A stretch of DNA of 64,000 nt, from the NCBI GenBank assembly GCA_046706745.1, contig JBJKPC010000010.1, positions 27,139-91,138 on the forward strand, read 5' to 3'. Of the stretch, positions 55,597 through 64,000 are shown in pieces. Each line of letters opens with the position of its first letter. Position 1 is the stretch's first letter. The translations under genes were made by a program, and so were the position numbers. The notes under the pieces were generated by a model. It saw nothing but the letters and a program-made list of their open reading frames with translations. It was not told the DNA's origin and made no database searches. The DNA comes from Candidatus Kryptoniota bacterium. GTDB lineage: Bacteria; Bacteroidota; Ignavibacteria; Kryptoniales; JAKASW01.

Positions 55597-57179
55597 AAAA
55601 GGCCACCCGTGATACGGTCATCCAGGCCGTTCTCTATTTCGTAGTAATTGTTCTTGTCAACGTCGTAGTCAGTGGCTGGTTCTTCAGAATCGACCTCACA
55701 AGAAACAAAGTCAACACCCTTTCGCCCGCCACAGAGAAGCTCCTGCACGAGCTGAAGGATCAAATGCTCGTCAAAGTCTATTTCAATTCCGGGCTTCCTT
55801 CACCGTACAACAGCAACCGGCGCGCCTTAACCGACATGCTTCAGGAATTCAGAAGTCTGTCCGATGGAAAACTCGAGTACGATATAATAAATCCTTCGAC
55901 GAGCTCGCAGGTAGAGAAGGGCACATCCGACGGCATCCCGCAGATCCAGGTCCAGGTGGTAAACAACGACAAGCTAGAGGTAAAGCGCGCGATGATGGGG
56001 CTCGTCATCGAATACAGGGCGAAGAAAGAGGTCATCCCGGTGATACAGAGCCTGTCGAATTTCGAGTACGAAATGGCTTCACGCATCGATCGTCTTATTC
56101 ATACTCGGAAGAAGCTGGTGGCCATTGCGCAGGGAAACGGAGAGCCTTCGTTTGCCAATATCCGTCAGGCCGAAAACGCGTTGTCCGGAAGGTACCGGGT
56201 TATTCCTGTGAACTTTTCAAAGCCCGTTCCCGATTCGGTATCGGCGCTCGTAATCATACAGCCCACCACCGCCTTCGCTGACTCACAACTCTACTATATC
56301 GACCAGTACATGATGGACCGGGGAAGGGCAGCTTTTCTCGGGAGCATGGTCAACGCTTCGATGCAGAATCAATATGCTAGCGACCTGAGCCTCAACCTTT
56401 CCCAGCTTACGCGTAATTATGGGTTTGAAATCAAGAAAGATCTAGTGCGGGATGCCTCGTGCGCTTCCGTTTCGGTGATGCAGCAGGAGGCGGGGATGAC
56501 GATACAAACCGAGGTCCCAAATCCCTATATTCCGATCGTAAGCAATCTGAGCCGGTCGTTTATCGTGACTCAAGATCTCCATCAGGTGGTGATGCCGTTT
56601 CCGAGCGAGGTGGATACGTCCTATTCGCGCAGTCTGCATCTCAAGGTCCTTCCGTTTGCATCGTCGAGCGATCAGAGCGGGGTGCAGACGGGAATTTACA
56701 ATCTCGACCCGACGGCGCAATTCACGCGGGCCATGTTTCAGAAGCATGATCTGCTGTTGGGTGCGGCAATAACCGGCAAAATACACTCGGCGATACCCGA
56801 TACAAGCCTCCTGGCAAAGTCACACCCCGGCAGAAGAACGGAAGGGGACGAACGCATCGTTGTTGTAGGAAACGGGGATTTTATCCAGGATGCTTTCCTT
56901 CGCAATCCGGACAACCTTTCCATCTTCCTGAATGCCGTGGATTACCTTACTGACAATATCGGATTAGTTTCAATACGTTCGAAGACTTTTCTCCCTCCGC
57001 CACTGAAGCCGGTATCCGAAACGGTTAGAGCTGCAACAAAAGATTTTATAGTGATTTTTCCTCCGCTCCTGATTCTCGCTATAGGTTTGTTCTACTGGAG
57101 AAAGACGGCGAAACGTCGCAAAGACTACCGAGATTCCCTCGCTAAGAAAGCAGAAATTCCCGATGAGCAAAACGACTAA
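55593..57179 (+). CDS. GldG-like ABC-transporter auxiliary protein
   Basis: N- and C-terminal TM anchors flank a large extracytoplasmic domain. ATGA overlap with the permease stop at 55593-55596. Position and architecture match GldG-family proteins. Confidence 0.7.
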   Translation: MKKATRDTVIQAVLYFVVIVLVNVVVSGWFFRIDLTRNKVNTLSPATEKLLHELKDQMLVKVYFNSGLPSPYNSNRRALTDMLQEFRSLSDGKLEYDIINPSTSSQVEKGTSDGIPQIQVQVVNNDKLEVKRAMMGLVIEYRAKKEVIPVIQSLSNFEYEMASRIDRLIHTRKKLVAIAQGNGEPSFANIRQAENALSGRYRVIPVNFSKPVPDSVSALVIIQPTTAFADSQLYYIDQYMMDRGRAAFLGSMVNASMQNQYASDLSLNLSQLTRNYGFEIKKDLVRDASCASVSVMQQEAGMTIQTEVPNPYIPIVSNLSRSFIVTQDLHQVVMPFPSEVDTSYSRSLHLKVLPFASSSDQSGVQTGIYNLDPTAQFTRAMFQKHDLLLGAAITGKIHSAIPDTSLLAKSHPGRRTEGDERIVVVGNGDFIQDAFLRNPDNLSIFLNAVDYLTDNIGLVSIRSKTFLPPPLKPVSETVRAATKDFIVIFPPLLILAIGLFYWRKTAKRRKDYRDSLAKKAEIPDEQND

Positions 57180-58086
57180 GATACTTATAGCCCTTGTGAT
57201 CTTGTTGGGTGCGATTTATGTGATACAGATGATCACGTCTTCAAATTCCACGACGCAGAATTCGCATCCATTTGCCGGTATCGACACGGCAAAGATAAAC
57301 CAGGTGACCGTCGACTTCGGAAAGAAGATCGTCGTAAAACGATCAGGAAACGGGTGGATGATCACAGACCCCATCAAGTTTCCGGCTGATCCTGGACAAA
57401 TGGAGTTGCTGCTTGCAAGGGTGGCGTTGAATCCTGCAGCGACCGTCATCGCAGAGAATCTTGCGGACAGTTCTGCGTACGGTCTCGGAATGAACGCTGC
57501 GACAGCAATTTTCGCGGAAGGAAACGGAAAGAAGGTGACGTTACGTATCGGCGACGTCACCCCGGATTTCGACGGCTGCTACGTTCAGCTGGACGGCGAA
57601 AACAAGGTGCTCCAGCTCTCGACCGACATCAGACCGCTAGTAACCCAGTCGCTGACAAACTGGCGCGACAAGACAATATTTCATTTCGGAATTTCAGACA
57701 TCGAGGCAGTAGATTTTTCGATCGGGGATACGCTGTATCATTTCTTCCACCGGGATACGACCTGGAAAGTGAACGATATTACGGTTCCCGCAATGAAGGC
57801 TCAAGATATTGTGGAAACTCTTACGGGATCTACAGCGCTCGGCTTCATCGACAGCACAGTATCGCCGTCCAAACTGCTGCTCGACTACGGCGTCACTTTA
57901 AACGACAGGCGGCACATTACGGGTCAGATATATAAATCGGCCGGATCCGAGGTGTCACCGGGACAACTTTGCCTCTCGAACTCGGCCGACCATCAAATCT
58001 TCACTATAAGCTCCACTCTTCCTGAAAGTCTTCTGCGGGGACTCAAGGAAATGGAGGTTACCTACCTAACCAAGAAGAGATCGTAA
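57163..58086 (+). CDS. DUF4340-like membrane-anchored protein
   Basis: 307 aa with an N-terminal TM anchor. The usual fourth gene after GldA/F/G-like genes. Family assignment is by context and memory. Confidence 0.55.
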   Translation: MSKTTKILIALVILLGAIYVIQMITSSNSTTQNSHPFAGIDTAKINQVTVDFGKKIVVKRSGNGWMITDPIKFPADPGQMELLLARVALNPAATVIAENLADSSAYGLGMNAATAIFAEGNGKKVTLRIGDVTPDFDGCYVQLDGENKVLQLSTDIRPLVTQSLTNWRDKTIFHFGISDIEAVDFSIGDTLYHFFHRDTTWKVNDITVPAMKAQDIVETLTGSTALGFIDSTVSPSKLLLDYGVTLNDRRHITGQIYKSAGSEVSPGQLCLSNSADHQIFTISSTLPESLLRGLKEMEVTYLTKKRS

Positions 58087-58934
58087 TCGGTCGTTTGTGT
58101 CATCGGAATACTCATCTTCTGTTGACCTGAGGAGACCATGTTGAGTTTTTGTTCGGTCTTGCCGCTCATCTTCACAATCCGGCCGTTCGTGTAGTCGAAC
58201 AGGGCAGTCCCTTTGATATTCCCGGTCCCATCAATTGCAAAATCAATTCCCTGGTACGAGGTGCTCCCTTTGACCAGGACCGTTCCTGTGAATACGATCC
58301 TCACACACGGCACTCCTCCCGCAGCCTCCTCGTCGGCGATCTTGTAATCGGAATTGGTGGTGACGAAAATTTCGCCCTGGCCGCCGCCCCTGACTACCGT
58401 GTCAACTTTGGCATCGCTCCATGTCGAGCCGGTGCTTACCTTCTTGTCGGGAAGCTTGAAAAAGAAGCTCCCGAGATCCTTCGCACGGCCTTCCTGCGTT
58501 TTTGCAAAAGTCGAATCCAGCCACCGAGTTGAAATCTCCTGACCGTCGGGTTGCATCAGGGTTTCTTTGGTCTGACCGACGACAGGTGACGACGGGATGC
58601 GGGTTGTATCCCCGGTAGGCATCAAGGTCTCGCTGCTGCTCGAGTCTATCGTGATGTCATAAAGAAGGTCCTTACCCGCCATTCTGCTCTTCATGCTGAC
58701 CTGTTGATCCGACTTTATGGAAACGGTCGCCTGTTGCCCCATCATGCTTTCAACTGTCTTGGTCTCGGTGTGAGCTTTGTAACGCAGCGGAGTGGAGCCT
58801 GAGGGTTTGTATTCAAGCTTATGCTGCGCATAAGCGCCGGCGCTTATCGCAAAGACCAGAACGGTCGTAAATATAGCTGCTACAGATTTCAATTTGCCTC
58901 CATTTTGTCTAGTTGTTTGTAGCTCCGAGTTCAC
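58062..58934 (-). CDS. secreted beta-rich hypothetical protein
   Basis: 290 aa. Signal peptide (...VFAISAGAYAQ) and Thr/Ser/Gly-rich beta-strand-like composition. Overlaps the upstream Fe-S gene by 26 nt and the convergent DUF4340 gene by 25 nt. Confidence 0.65.
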   Translation of the reverse strand: MNSELQTTRQNGGKLKSVAAIFTTVLVFAISAGAYAQHKLEYKPSGSTPLRYKAHTETKTVESMMGQQATVSIKSDQQVSMKSRMAGKDLLYDITIDSSSSETLMPTGDTTRIPSSPVVGQTKETLMQPDGQEISTRWLDSTFAKTQEGRAKDLGSFFFKLPDKKVSTGSTWSDAKVDTVVRGGGQGEIFVTTNSDYKIADEEAAGGVPCVRIVFTGTVLVKGSTSYQGIDFAIDGTGNIKGTALFDYTNGRIVKMSGKTEQKLNMVSSGQQKMSIPMTQTTDYDLFLVR

Positions 58935-60933
58935 CCTCGCCTATAGCTTCCAGAATGAGCTCTGCTACGTCTTTCACTTCAACTGATTGTGTTTGTTTTG
59001 CTTTCACTCCGTCCGTCAGCATCGTCATGCAAAACGGACATGCCGATGCAATAACGTCGGGATCTGTCGAGAGAGCTTCCTCGGCTCGTTCGACGTTTAC
59101 TTTTTTGCCCGTCTTCTCCTCCATCCACATCCTCGCCCCGCCTGCACCGCAGCAAAAGCCTTTGTCCTTCGACCGTTTCATTTCGACCAGGCTGACCCCT
59201 TCGATGCTTCCGATTGCCTTCCTTGGCGCGTCATAGATGCCGTTATAGCGGCCTATGTAACAGGAGTCGTGGTATGTAATGCGGGCCTTCTGCGATGCTG
59301 TAAGCGTCAGCTTTCCGGATTCGACCAGTTCACTGATGAACTGAGTATGGTGAACGACTTCATATCTGCCACCGAAATCCGGATATTCGTTCTTAAGGGA
59401 ATTAAAACAATGAGGGCAGGTAGTTACAATTTTCTTCACGTTATGTTTGTTGAGGGTCTGAACGTTTTCGGAAATCAGCGTCTGAGCTAAATATTCGTTT
59501 CCGCTTCGGCGCGCCGGATCCCCGGTGCACTTCTCTTCATTCCCCAGAATCGCAAATTTGACTCCGGCCATCTTCATCAATTTCGAAAAAGCGCGTGCCA
59601 CTTTCTGGTATCTCATGTCGAAGCTTCCGGCGCACCCGACCCAGTAAAGAATCTCGAAATCGTCATTGATATCCGAAGCGATCGGCACATCGTAGCCTTG
59701 AGCCCATTTCGAGCGATCTCTCCAGTTGAAAGCCCACACCGTGTAGTTGTTTTCCAGGTTCTTGTACGCAGCCGCCAATTCCGAAGGGAAGCGCGATTCG
59801 TTGAGAACGAGATACCTTCTCATATCGACAATCGAATTGACGTGCTCGATCATGACCGGACACTCTTCCATGCACGCCCGGCATGTGGTACATGCCCACA
59901 ATTCGTCTTCAGTAATGTAGCCATCTACGAGCAACTTCCCGTCACTCTTTCCATCCGCCAAAATTATGGGAGCCTTCTCCATCGTCCGGCGTCTGATATC
60001 CGTGATGATCTTCCGAGGTGAAAGCGGTTTGCCCGTAGTATTGGCAGGACATACAGAGTCGCATCTTCCACATTCAGTACACGTGTAGCCGTCCAGAAGC
60101 TGCTTCCAGGTAAGATCCTCCACATCGCCCGCGCCAAACCTGGTTACGTTTTCCGCCTCAAGATTCAACGGTTGAAGCTCCCCTTTGGGCCTCTGACTTG
60201 CGAAATAGACATTGAATATTGAAGAAGCAATGTGAAGATGTTTGGAGTAGGGAAGATAGTTCAGGAAACCGAGCACCAGCGTTACATGAGTCCACCAGAA
60301 TAATTCGAACAACGAATTCCTCGCCGCCGGCGAGAACCCAACGAAAATCATCGCGAGGGAGGAAGAGAAGAATCTTGCGCCCGCGTCAAGGGTGTCGTTC
60401 CCGGGTCCGGAAGCTCTTTCGATTGCAATATGAACCGCGTTCTGAAGAAACATCGAAACCATGATCAGCAGAATGAGGACAAGTATCACGTTCGCGTCAA
60501 TTCGAGAGTGCTTCGTCGTCTGGAGGCGCTTCACTCGCGCTACGTTTCGCCTGTAAAGCGCGACGAGCACCGAGAGAACAACCAATAAACCGATAAGGTC
60601 CTGCAGAAAGACCAAAGGGCCGTAGATGAATCCCAGGAACGACAGTGAAAGATGCCGGCCGAATCCCTGGAGAAAACTCTCCAGAATAGCGGTCAGCAAA
60701 ATCACGAAGCCCCAGAAGATGAAAAAGTGCATCCAGCCCGCTACCGGTTCCCGAAGGAGTTTCTTTTGTCCGAAGACGAGTGAAGCAACGTTCTTGAGCC
60801 TTTCGAACCTGTCGCCGGCCCGCCTTTCATCCTTCCCAATGGTGAGGTAGCCGATGAGACGTTTTGCGTTGATCCCGAAGAAGGTAATGCCCCCCAGCAA
60901 AAGCAGCAGAAAAATGATCGTTCTCATTGTCAC
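58909..60933 (-). CDS. fused membrane (multi-TM, His-rich) / 2x[4Fe-4S] / 2xCCG-domain oxidoreductase (HdrD/DsrK/GlpC-like)
   Basis: 674 aa. About 5-6 N-terminal TM helices with conserved His. Ferredoxin motifs CTECGRCDSVCP and CTTCRACMEECP. CCG-type cysteine motifs (FCCGAGG, CPFC). Start is GTG 60933 or ATG 60927. Confidence 0.8.
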   Translation of the reverse strand: MTMRTIIFLLLLLGGITFFGINAKRLIGYLTIGKDERRAGDRFERLKNVASLVFGQKKLLREPVAGWMHFFIFWGFVILLTAILESFLQGFGRHLSLSFLGFIYGPLVFLQDLIGLLVVLSVLVALYRRNVARVKRLQTTKHSRIDANVILVLILLIMVSMFLQNAVHIAIERASGPGNDTLDAGARFFSSSLAMIFVGFSPAARNSLFELFWWTHVTLVLGFLNYLPYSKHLHIASSIFNVYFASQRPKGELQPLNLEAENVTRFGAGDVEDLTWKQLLDGYTCTECGRCDSVCPANTTGKPLSPRKIITDIRRRTMEKAPIILADGKSDGKLLVDGYITEDELWACTTCRACMEECPVMIEHVNSIVDMRRYLVLNESRFPSELAAAYKNLENNYTVWAFNWRDRSKWAQGYDVPIASDINDDFEILYWVGCAGSFDMRYQKVARAFSKLMKMAGVKFAILGNEEKCTGDPARRSGNEYLAQTLISENVQTLNKHNVKKIVTTCPHCFNSLKNEYPDFGGRYEVVHHTQFISELVESGKLTLTASQKARITYHDSCYIGRYNGIYDAPRKAIGSIEGVSLVEMKRSKDKGFCCGAGGARMWMEEKTGKKVNVERAEEALSTDPDVIASACPFCMTMLTDGVKAKQTQSVEVKDVAELILEAIGEGELGATNN

Positions 60934-60948
60934 GACTTAATTTAGATG

Positions 60949-60977
60949 AATATATCGACATAACGACATACAATCAA
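60949..60977 (-). promoter_or_regulatory. sigma70-type promoter TTGATT-17-TATATT for the Fe-S oxidoreductase operon
   Basis: On the minus strand, -35 is at 60977-60972 and -10 at 60954-60949 with a 17-bp spacer. The start codon is only about 15-20 nt downstream and has no obvious RBS. Confidence 0.45.
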
Positions 60978-61012
60978 TTGAAGTGTTTCCTCGACGGGGT
61001 TATCTTGGTTTC

Positions 61013-61717
61013 ATGATATTGAAAGACAATATATCAGTGATAACCGGAGCGTCTCGAGGAATCGGGAAGGCAGTGGCTCTCAGGTTCGCGAAAGAGGGAG
61101 CCCGGGTCATCGCGGTGTCCAGAAGCTCGTTGCTCCTGGATTCTCTCCTCGCCGAGGTAGCTAAAGAAGGAGGGTCGGCAACGAAGATTGTTGCCGATGT
61201 CTCTACGGAATCGGCGTGTCGATCTGTGGTCGATGAAACGCTCTCACGACACGGGAGGATAGACACGCTCATCAATTGCGCCGGATTGCTCGGCAGTCGC
61301 GTAGAGCTGACATCGATCGATACAGCCGAGTGGCGAAGCGTCTTTGACACGAACGTTACCGGCGTTTTTATACTATCGAAGTATGCAGCTTTGAGGATGC
61401 GGGAGGCCGGATCCGGATCGATAATCAATGTGACATCCGGTGTAGTAAGACATCCATCCCCGATGTGGGGTGCATATCTGCCGTCGAAGTTTGCAGTGGA
61501 AGGTCTGACCATCATGCTTGCCGAGGAACTTAAGGAATCGGGCGTTAGGGTAAATATGGTCGACCCCGGAAGGACTAACACGGACATGATAGAATCGGCC
61601 TTTCCGGATATACCTCGAAATACCTTCAAATCTCCTGAGGATGTGGTCGAACCTTTTGTTTTTCTTGCTTCCAACGAATCCAGATTGGTCACGGGCACCC
61701 GAATCCGTGTACGTTGA
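61013..61717 (+). CDS. SDR-family oxidoreductase
   Basis: From ATG 61013: cofactor motif TGASRGIG and catalytic YLPSK (YxxxK). Confidence 0.85.
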   Translation: MILKDNISVITGASRGIGKAVALRFAKEGARVIAVSRSSLLLDSLLAEVAKEGGSATKIVADVSTESACRSVVDETLSRHGRIDTLINCAGLLGSRVELTSIDTAEWRSVFDTNVTGVFILSKYAALRMREAGSGSIINVTSGVVRHPSPMWGAYLPSKFAVEGLTIMLAEELKESGVRVNMVDPGRTNTDMIESAFPDIPRNTFKSPEDVVEPFVFLASNESRLVTGTRIRVR

Positions 61718-61753
61718 CTTCCCGCCAAATACGCGGATTTCAAGGTGTTTTAA

Positions 61754-61782
61754 TTGAAGTTTTTTGCGAGTAGATTTATATT
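61754..61782 (+). promoter_or_regulatory. sigma70-type promoter TTGAAG-17-TATATT upstream of parA
   Basis: -35 at 61754-61759, a 17-bp spacer, -10 at 61777-61782. About 50 nt upstream of the parA ATG. Confidence 0.45.
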
Positions 61783-61833
61783 CATTCAGCAATGAAAAGC
61801 CATACCTCAAAAACAAAATGACATGCCGACCTA

Positions 61834-62676
61834 ATGGGAAAAGTAATCGCAATCGCTAATCAAAAGGGAGGTGTCGGCAAGACAACTACGACCGTAAATG
61901 TATCAGCATGCATTGCTGCTATGGAGCACAACGTGCTTTTGGTCGATATTGATCCGCAGTCAAATGCTACGAGCGCGCTGGGCTTCGACAAGGATCAGGA
62001 ACATATGAGCACATACCATGTCCTGATCGGTTCGGCCGAACCAGACTCTGCGATCCGTGAGACTTCAATTTCGTACCTCAAAGTCATGCCTTCAGACATC
62101 AACCTGGTTGGAGCTGAAATTGAACTTGTCGACATCGACAGCAGAGAAATGCTTCTACGGAACGCGCTGGCACGGGTCAGGGAAAGCTACGAATATGTCT
62201 TTATTGACTGCCCTCCCTCTCTTGGTCTCCTTACAGTCAACGCTCTGGTGGCGGCAGACAGCGTTCTCGTGCCGGTGCAGACTGAGTATTTTGCTCTGGA
62301 AGGCCTCGGACAGCTGCTGAATACTATATCGAGGGTGAAGCGCAATCTGAATTCGGGGCTGGAGCTTGAAGGGGTTTTGCTGACGATGTACGATTCCCGC
62401 CTCAAGCTCTCTAACCAGGTCGTCGAAGAGGTGCGTCGATATTTCGATCAGCGCGTTTTCAGTACGGTGATAGGCCGCAATGTCAGGCTGAGCGAAGCAC
62501 AGAGTTTCGGCAAGCCCATCATACTTTACGATGCGGCCTCACTCGGTGCGCGCCACTACATGGAACTGGCCAGGGAGCTGCTCGGAAGAAACTCATCCAA
62601 CCGATCTGATCAGGCCGTCCCCCAGACTCAACAAGATGAGAACCCGGTGAGGGATAGAGAAGAGACGAACCCATGA
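61834..62676 (+). CDS. parA: chromosome partitioning ATPase ParA/Soj
   Basis: Deviant Walker A NQKGGVGKTT. Colinear with Soj/ParA. About 30 extra polar residues at the C-terminus. Confidence 0.92.
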   Translation: MGKVIAIANQKGGVGKTTTTVNVSACIAAMEHNVLLVDIDPQSNATSALGFDKDQEHMSTYHVLIGSAEPDSAIRETSISYLKVMPSDINLVGAEIELVDIDSREMLLRNALARVRESYEYVFIDCPPSLGLLTVNALVAADSVLVPVQTEYFALEGLGQLLNTISRVKRNLNSGLELEGVLLTMYDSRLKLSNQVVEEVRRYFDQRVFSTVIGRNVRLSEAQSFGKPIILYDAASLGARHYMELARELLGRNSSNRSDQAVPQTQQDENPVRDREETNP

Positions 62677-63614
62677 AATCCAACATACGCTTGGGCAGAG
62701 GTTTAGACGCTTTGATAAAGAAGGAGTCGGAAGCTCCCCAAGAACCGTTACAGCAACCCTCAACCCGGCAGCCTTCAATCAATTCGATCGCTAAAATAAG
62801 TGTAGGGAGAATTCGCGCCAACAAATTTCAGCCACGAAAGGAGTTCGGCAGGGAAGGGCTGGAAGAATTGAAGAACTCGATCCGCGAGAATGGACTGATA
62901 CAGCCTATCACTGTCAGGAGGATCGATGAAGGGCTTTTCGAGCTGGTTTCAGGTGAACGGCGATTCAGAGCGGTCACGGAACTGGGATTGACGGAGGTCC
63001 CTGCTTACGTTTTGCAGATCGATTCAGACACAAAGATGTTGGAGCTCGCTTTGACTGAGAACCTGCAGCGCGAAGATCTGAATGCGATCGAGATCGCCGC
63101 GGGCTATCAGCGTCTCATCGATGAATGTGGACTCACTCAGGAACAGGTAGCCCGCAAAGTCGGCAAAGACAGGGTTACCGTGACAAATTTCCTGCGACTT
63201 CTCAGACTCCCCGCATCGATTCAAAAAGGCCTTGTCGCGGGTGATATTTCCGCAGGCCATGCAAGGGCACTGTTATCGCTCGAAGATGAAAACGAGCGCA
63301 TGCGACTCTTCAGCAAGATCGTTCGTCATAACCTCAACGTTCGACAAGTAGAAAAAGAGGTGCGGCGGATTCAGGGCCGGGAAGCTCGAACAGGTAACGA
63401 GGCAAGAGATCACGGAAAATCTCGTGACGAACATAACAGCTCGATAAGCGACCCAATCATTCTAGACCTAATTGACAAGCTGCGGGCCCATTTAGGCACG
63501 AAGATTAAGATATCTTATAGTGATTCGACCACCGGAGAAATCCGAATTCAATTCTATGGCAATGAAGACCTAGGGCGCCTTGTTGAACTAATCCTGCAGA
63601 CTCAGAGGGAATAG
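62673..63614 (+). CDS. parB: chromosome partitioning protein ParB/Spo0J
   Basis: ParB box LVSGERRFRA and HTH (LTQEQVARKVGKDRVTVTNFLRLL). ATGA overlap with parA. Confidence 0.92.
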   Translation: MKSNIRLGRGLDALIKKESEAPQEPLQQPSTRQPSINSIAKISVGRIRANKFQPRKEFGREGLEELKNSIRENGLIQPITVRRIDEGLFELVSGERRFRAVTELGLTEVPAYVLQIDSDTKMLELALTENLQREDLNAIEIAAGYQRLIDECGLTQEQVARKVGKDRVTVTNFLRLLRLPASIQKGLVAGDISAGHARALLSLEDENERMRLFSKIVRHNLNVRQVEKEVRRIQGREARTGNEARDHGKSRDEHNSSISDPIILDLIDKLRAHLGTKIKISYSDSTTGEIRIQFYGNEDLGRLVELILQTQRE

Positions 63615-63617
63615 ACG

Positions 63618-63989
63618 ATGAAAATTCTCTACACTAAGAATGCACCTCAACCTATCGGCCCTTACTCCCAGGGCATTGAGAATGAGGGTCTTATTTTCCT
63701 CTCCGGGCAGATTGCACTGAAGCCGGAGACCGGCGAACTGGTGGAGGGGTTGACTCAACAAACACACCAGGTAATTCAAAACGCTCGAGCGGTACTTGAA
63801 TCAACGGGGTCTTCGCTTGCTAAAGTTATAAAGACCACAGTGTATCTTCGTCATATCGAAGACTTTGCGGAATTTAACCGTGCCTACTCAGAGTATTTCA
63901 AAGATGTCATGCCGGCAAGGACTACGGTTGAGGTCTCCGGACTTCCGAAGAATGCATTGATTGAGATAGAGATCATTGCCCGCAAGTAA
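63618..63989 (+). CDS. ridA: RidA/YjgF-family reactive intermediate deaminase
   Basis: 123 aa. PIGPYSQG...IFLSGQI and ARTTVEVSGLPKNALIEIE are typical of the YjgF/UK114 family. Confidence 0.88.
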   Translation: MKILYTKNAPQPIGPYSQGIENEGLIFLSGQIALKPETGELVEGLTQQTHQVIQNARAVLESTGSSLAKVIKTTVYLRHIEDFAEFNRAYSEYFKDVMPARTTVEVSGLPKNALIEIEIIARK

Positions 63990-64000
63990 TTGTCCGCGAT

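Noticed and set aside
61000-61743. 247-aa minus-strand ORF covering the SDR gene
   Set aside because: The plus-strand frame carries clear SDR motifs (TGASRGIG, YxxxK). The antisense frame has none.
61718-64000. parS site (TGTTNCACGTGAAACA-like) near parAB
   Set aside because: I found no 16-bp parS-like palindrome here or elsewhere in the window. The closest CACGTG-containing strings (for example near 37185) break the palindrome. A computational scan could still find a degenerate site.

Overview
Bacterial chromosomal segment, roughly 50% GC by eye. RND/MFP efflux, GT9, AnmK and periplasmic modules indicate a diderm. It uses canonical TTGnnn-17-TATATT promoters and AGGAG-type ribosome-binding sites. 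I cannot assign a phylum from sequence alone. About 50 protein genes and 2 tRNAs are supportable. From left to right: (1) a same-strand central carbohydrate block, treZ (5'-truncated), treY, pgm, pgi, gnd, zwf; (2) an MscS-family channel and a HEAT-repeat protein; (3) an L-arabinose locus with a LacI-family repressor divergent from an SSS symporter, small membrane protein, galM, araB, araD, araA; (4) tRNA-Val and tRNA-Gly; (5) a MarR, FMN-reductase, YceI operon; (6) anmK, nfo, kbl; (7) a secreted FN3 protein downstream of a membrane-anchored CHASE2-sigma54 activator; (8) divergent from that activator, a tightly packed 10-kb eight-gene operon. It encodes a nucleotidyltransferase-fold protein, two B12-binding radical SAM enzymes, three class I methyltransferases, a sulfotransferase-methyltransferase fusion, GT9, and a GT-C/DUF2029-like protein with a PD40 tail. 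I cannot map it to any pathway I know, and it is the best candidate for an undescribed system; (9) an ECF sigma, anti-sigma, CpxP/Spy-like, MFP and two tandem RND paralogs operon; (10) a GldA/F/G-like ABC-2 exporter plus a DUF4340-like protein; (11) a fused membrane/Fe-S (CCG) oxidoreductase with a secreted partner; (12) an SDR, parA, parB, ridA. I saw no CRISPR array, transposase, integrase, rRNA or phage gene. All calls rest on motif recognition by eye. No alignments or searches were run.
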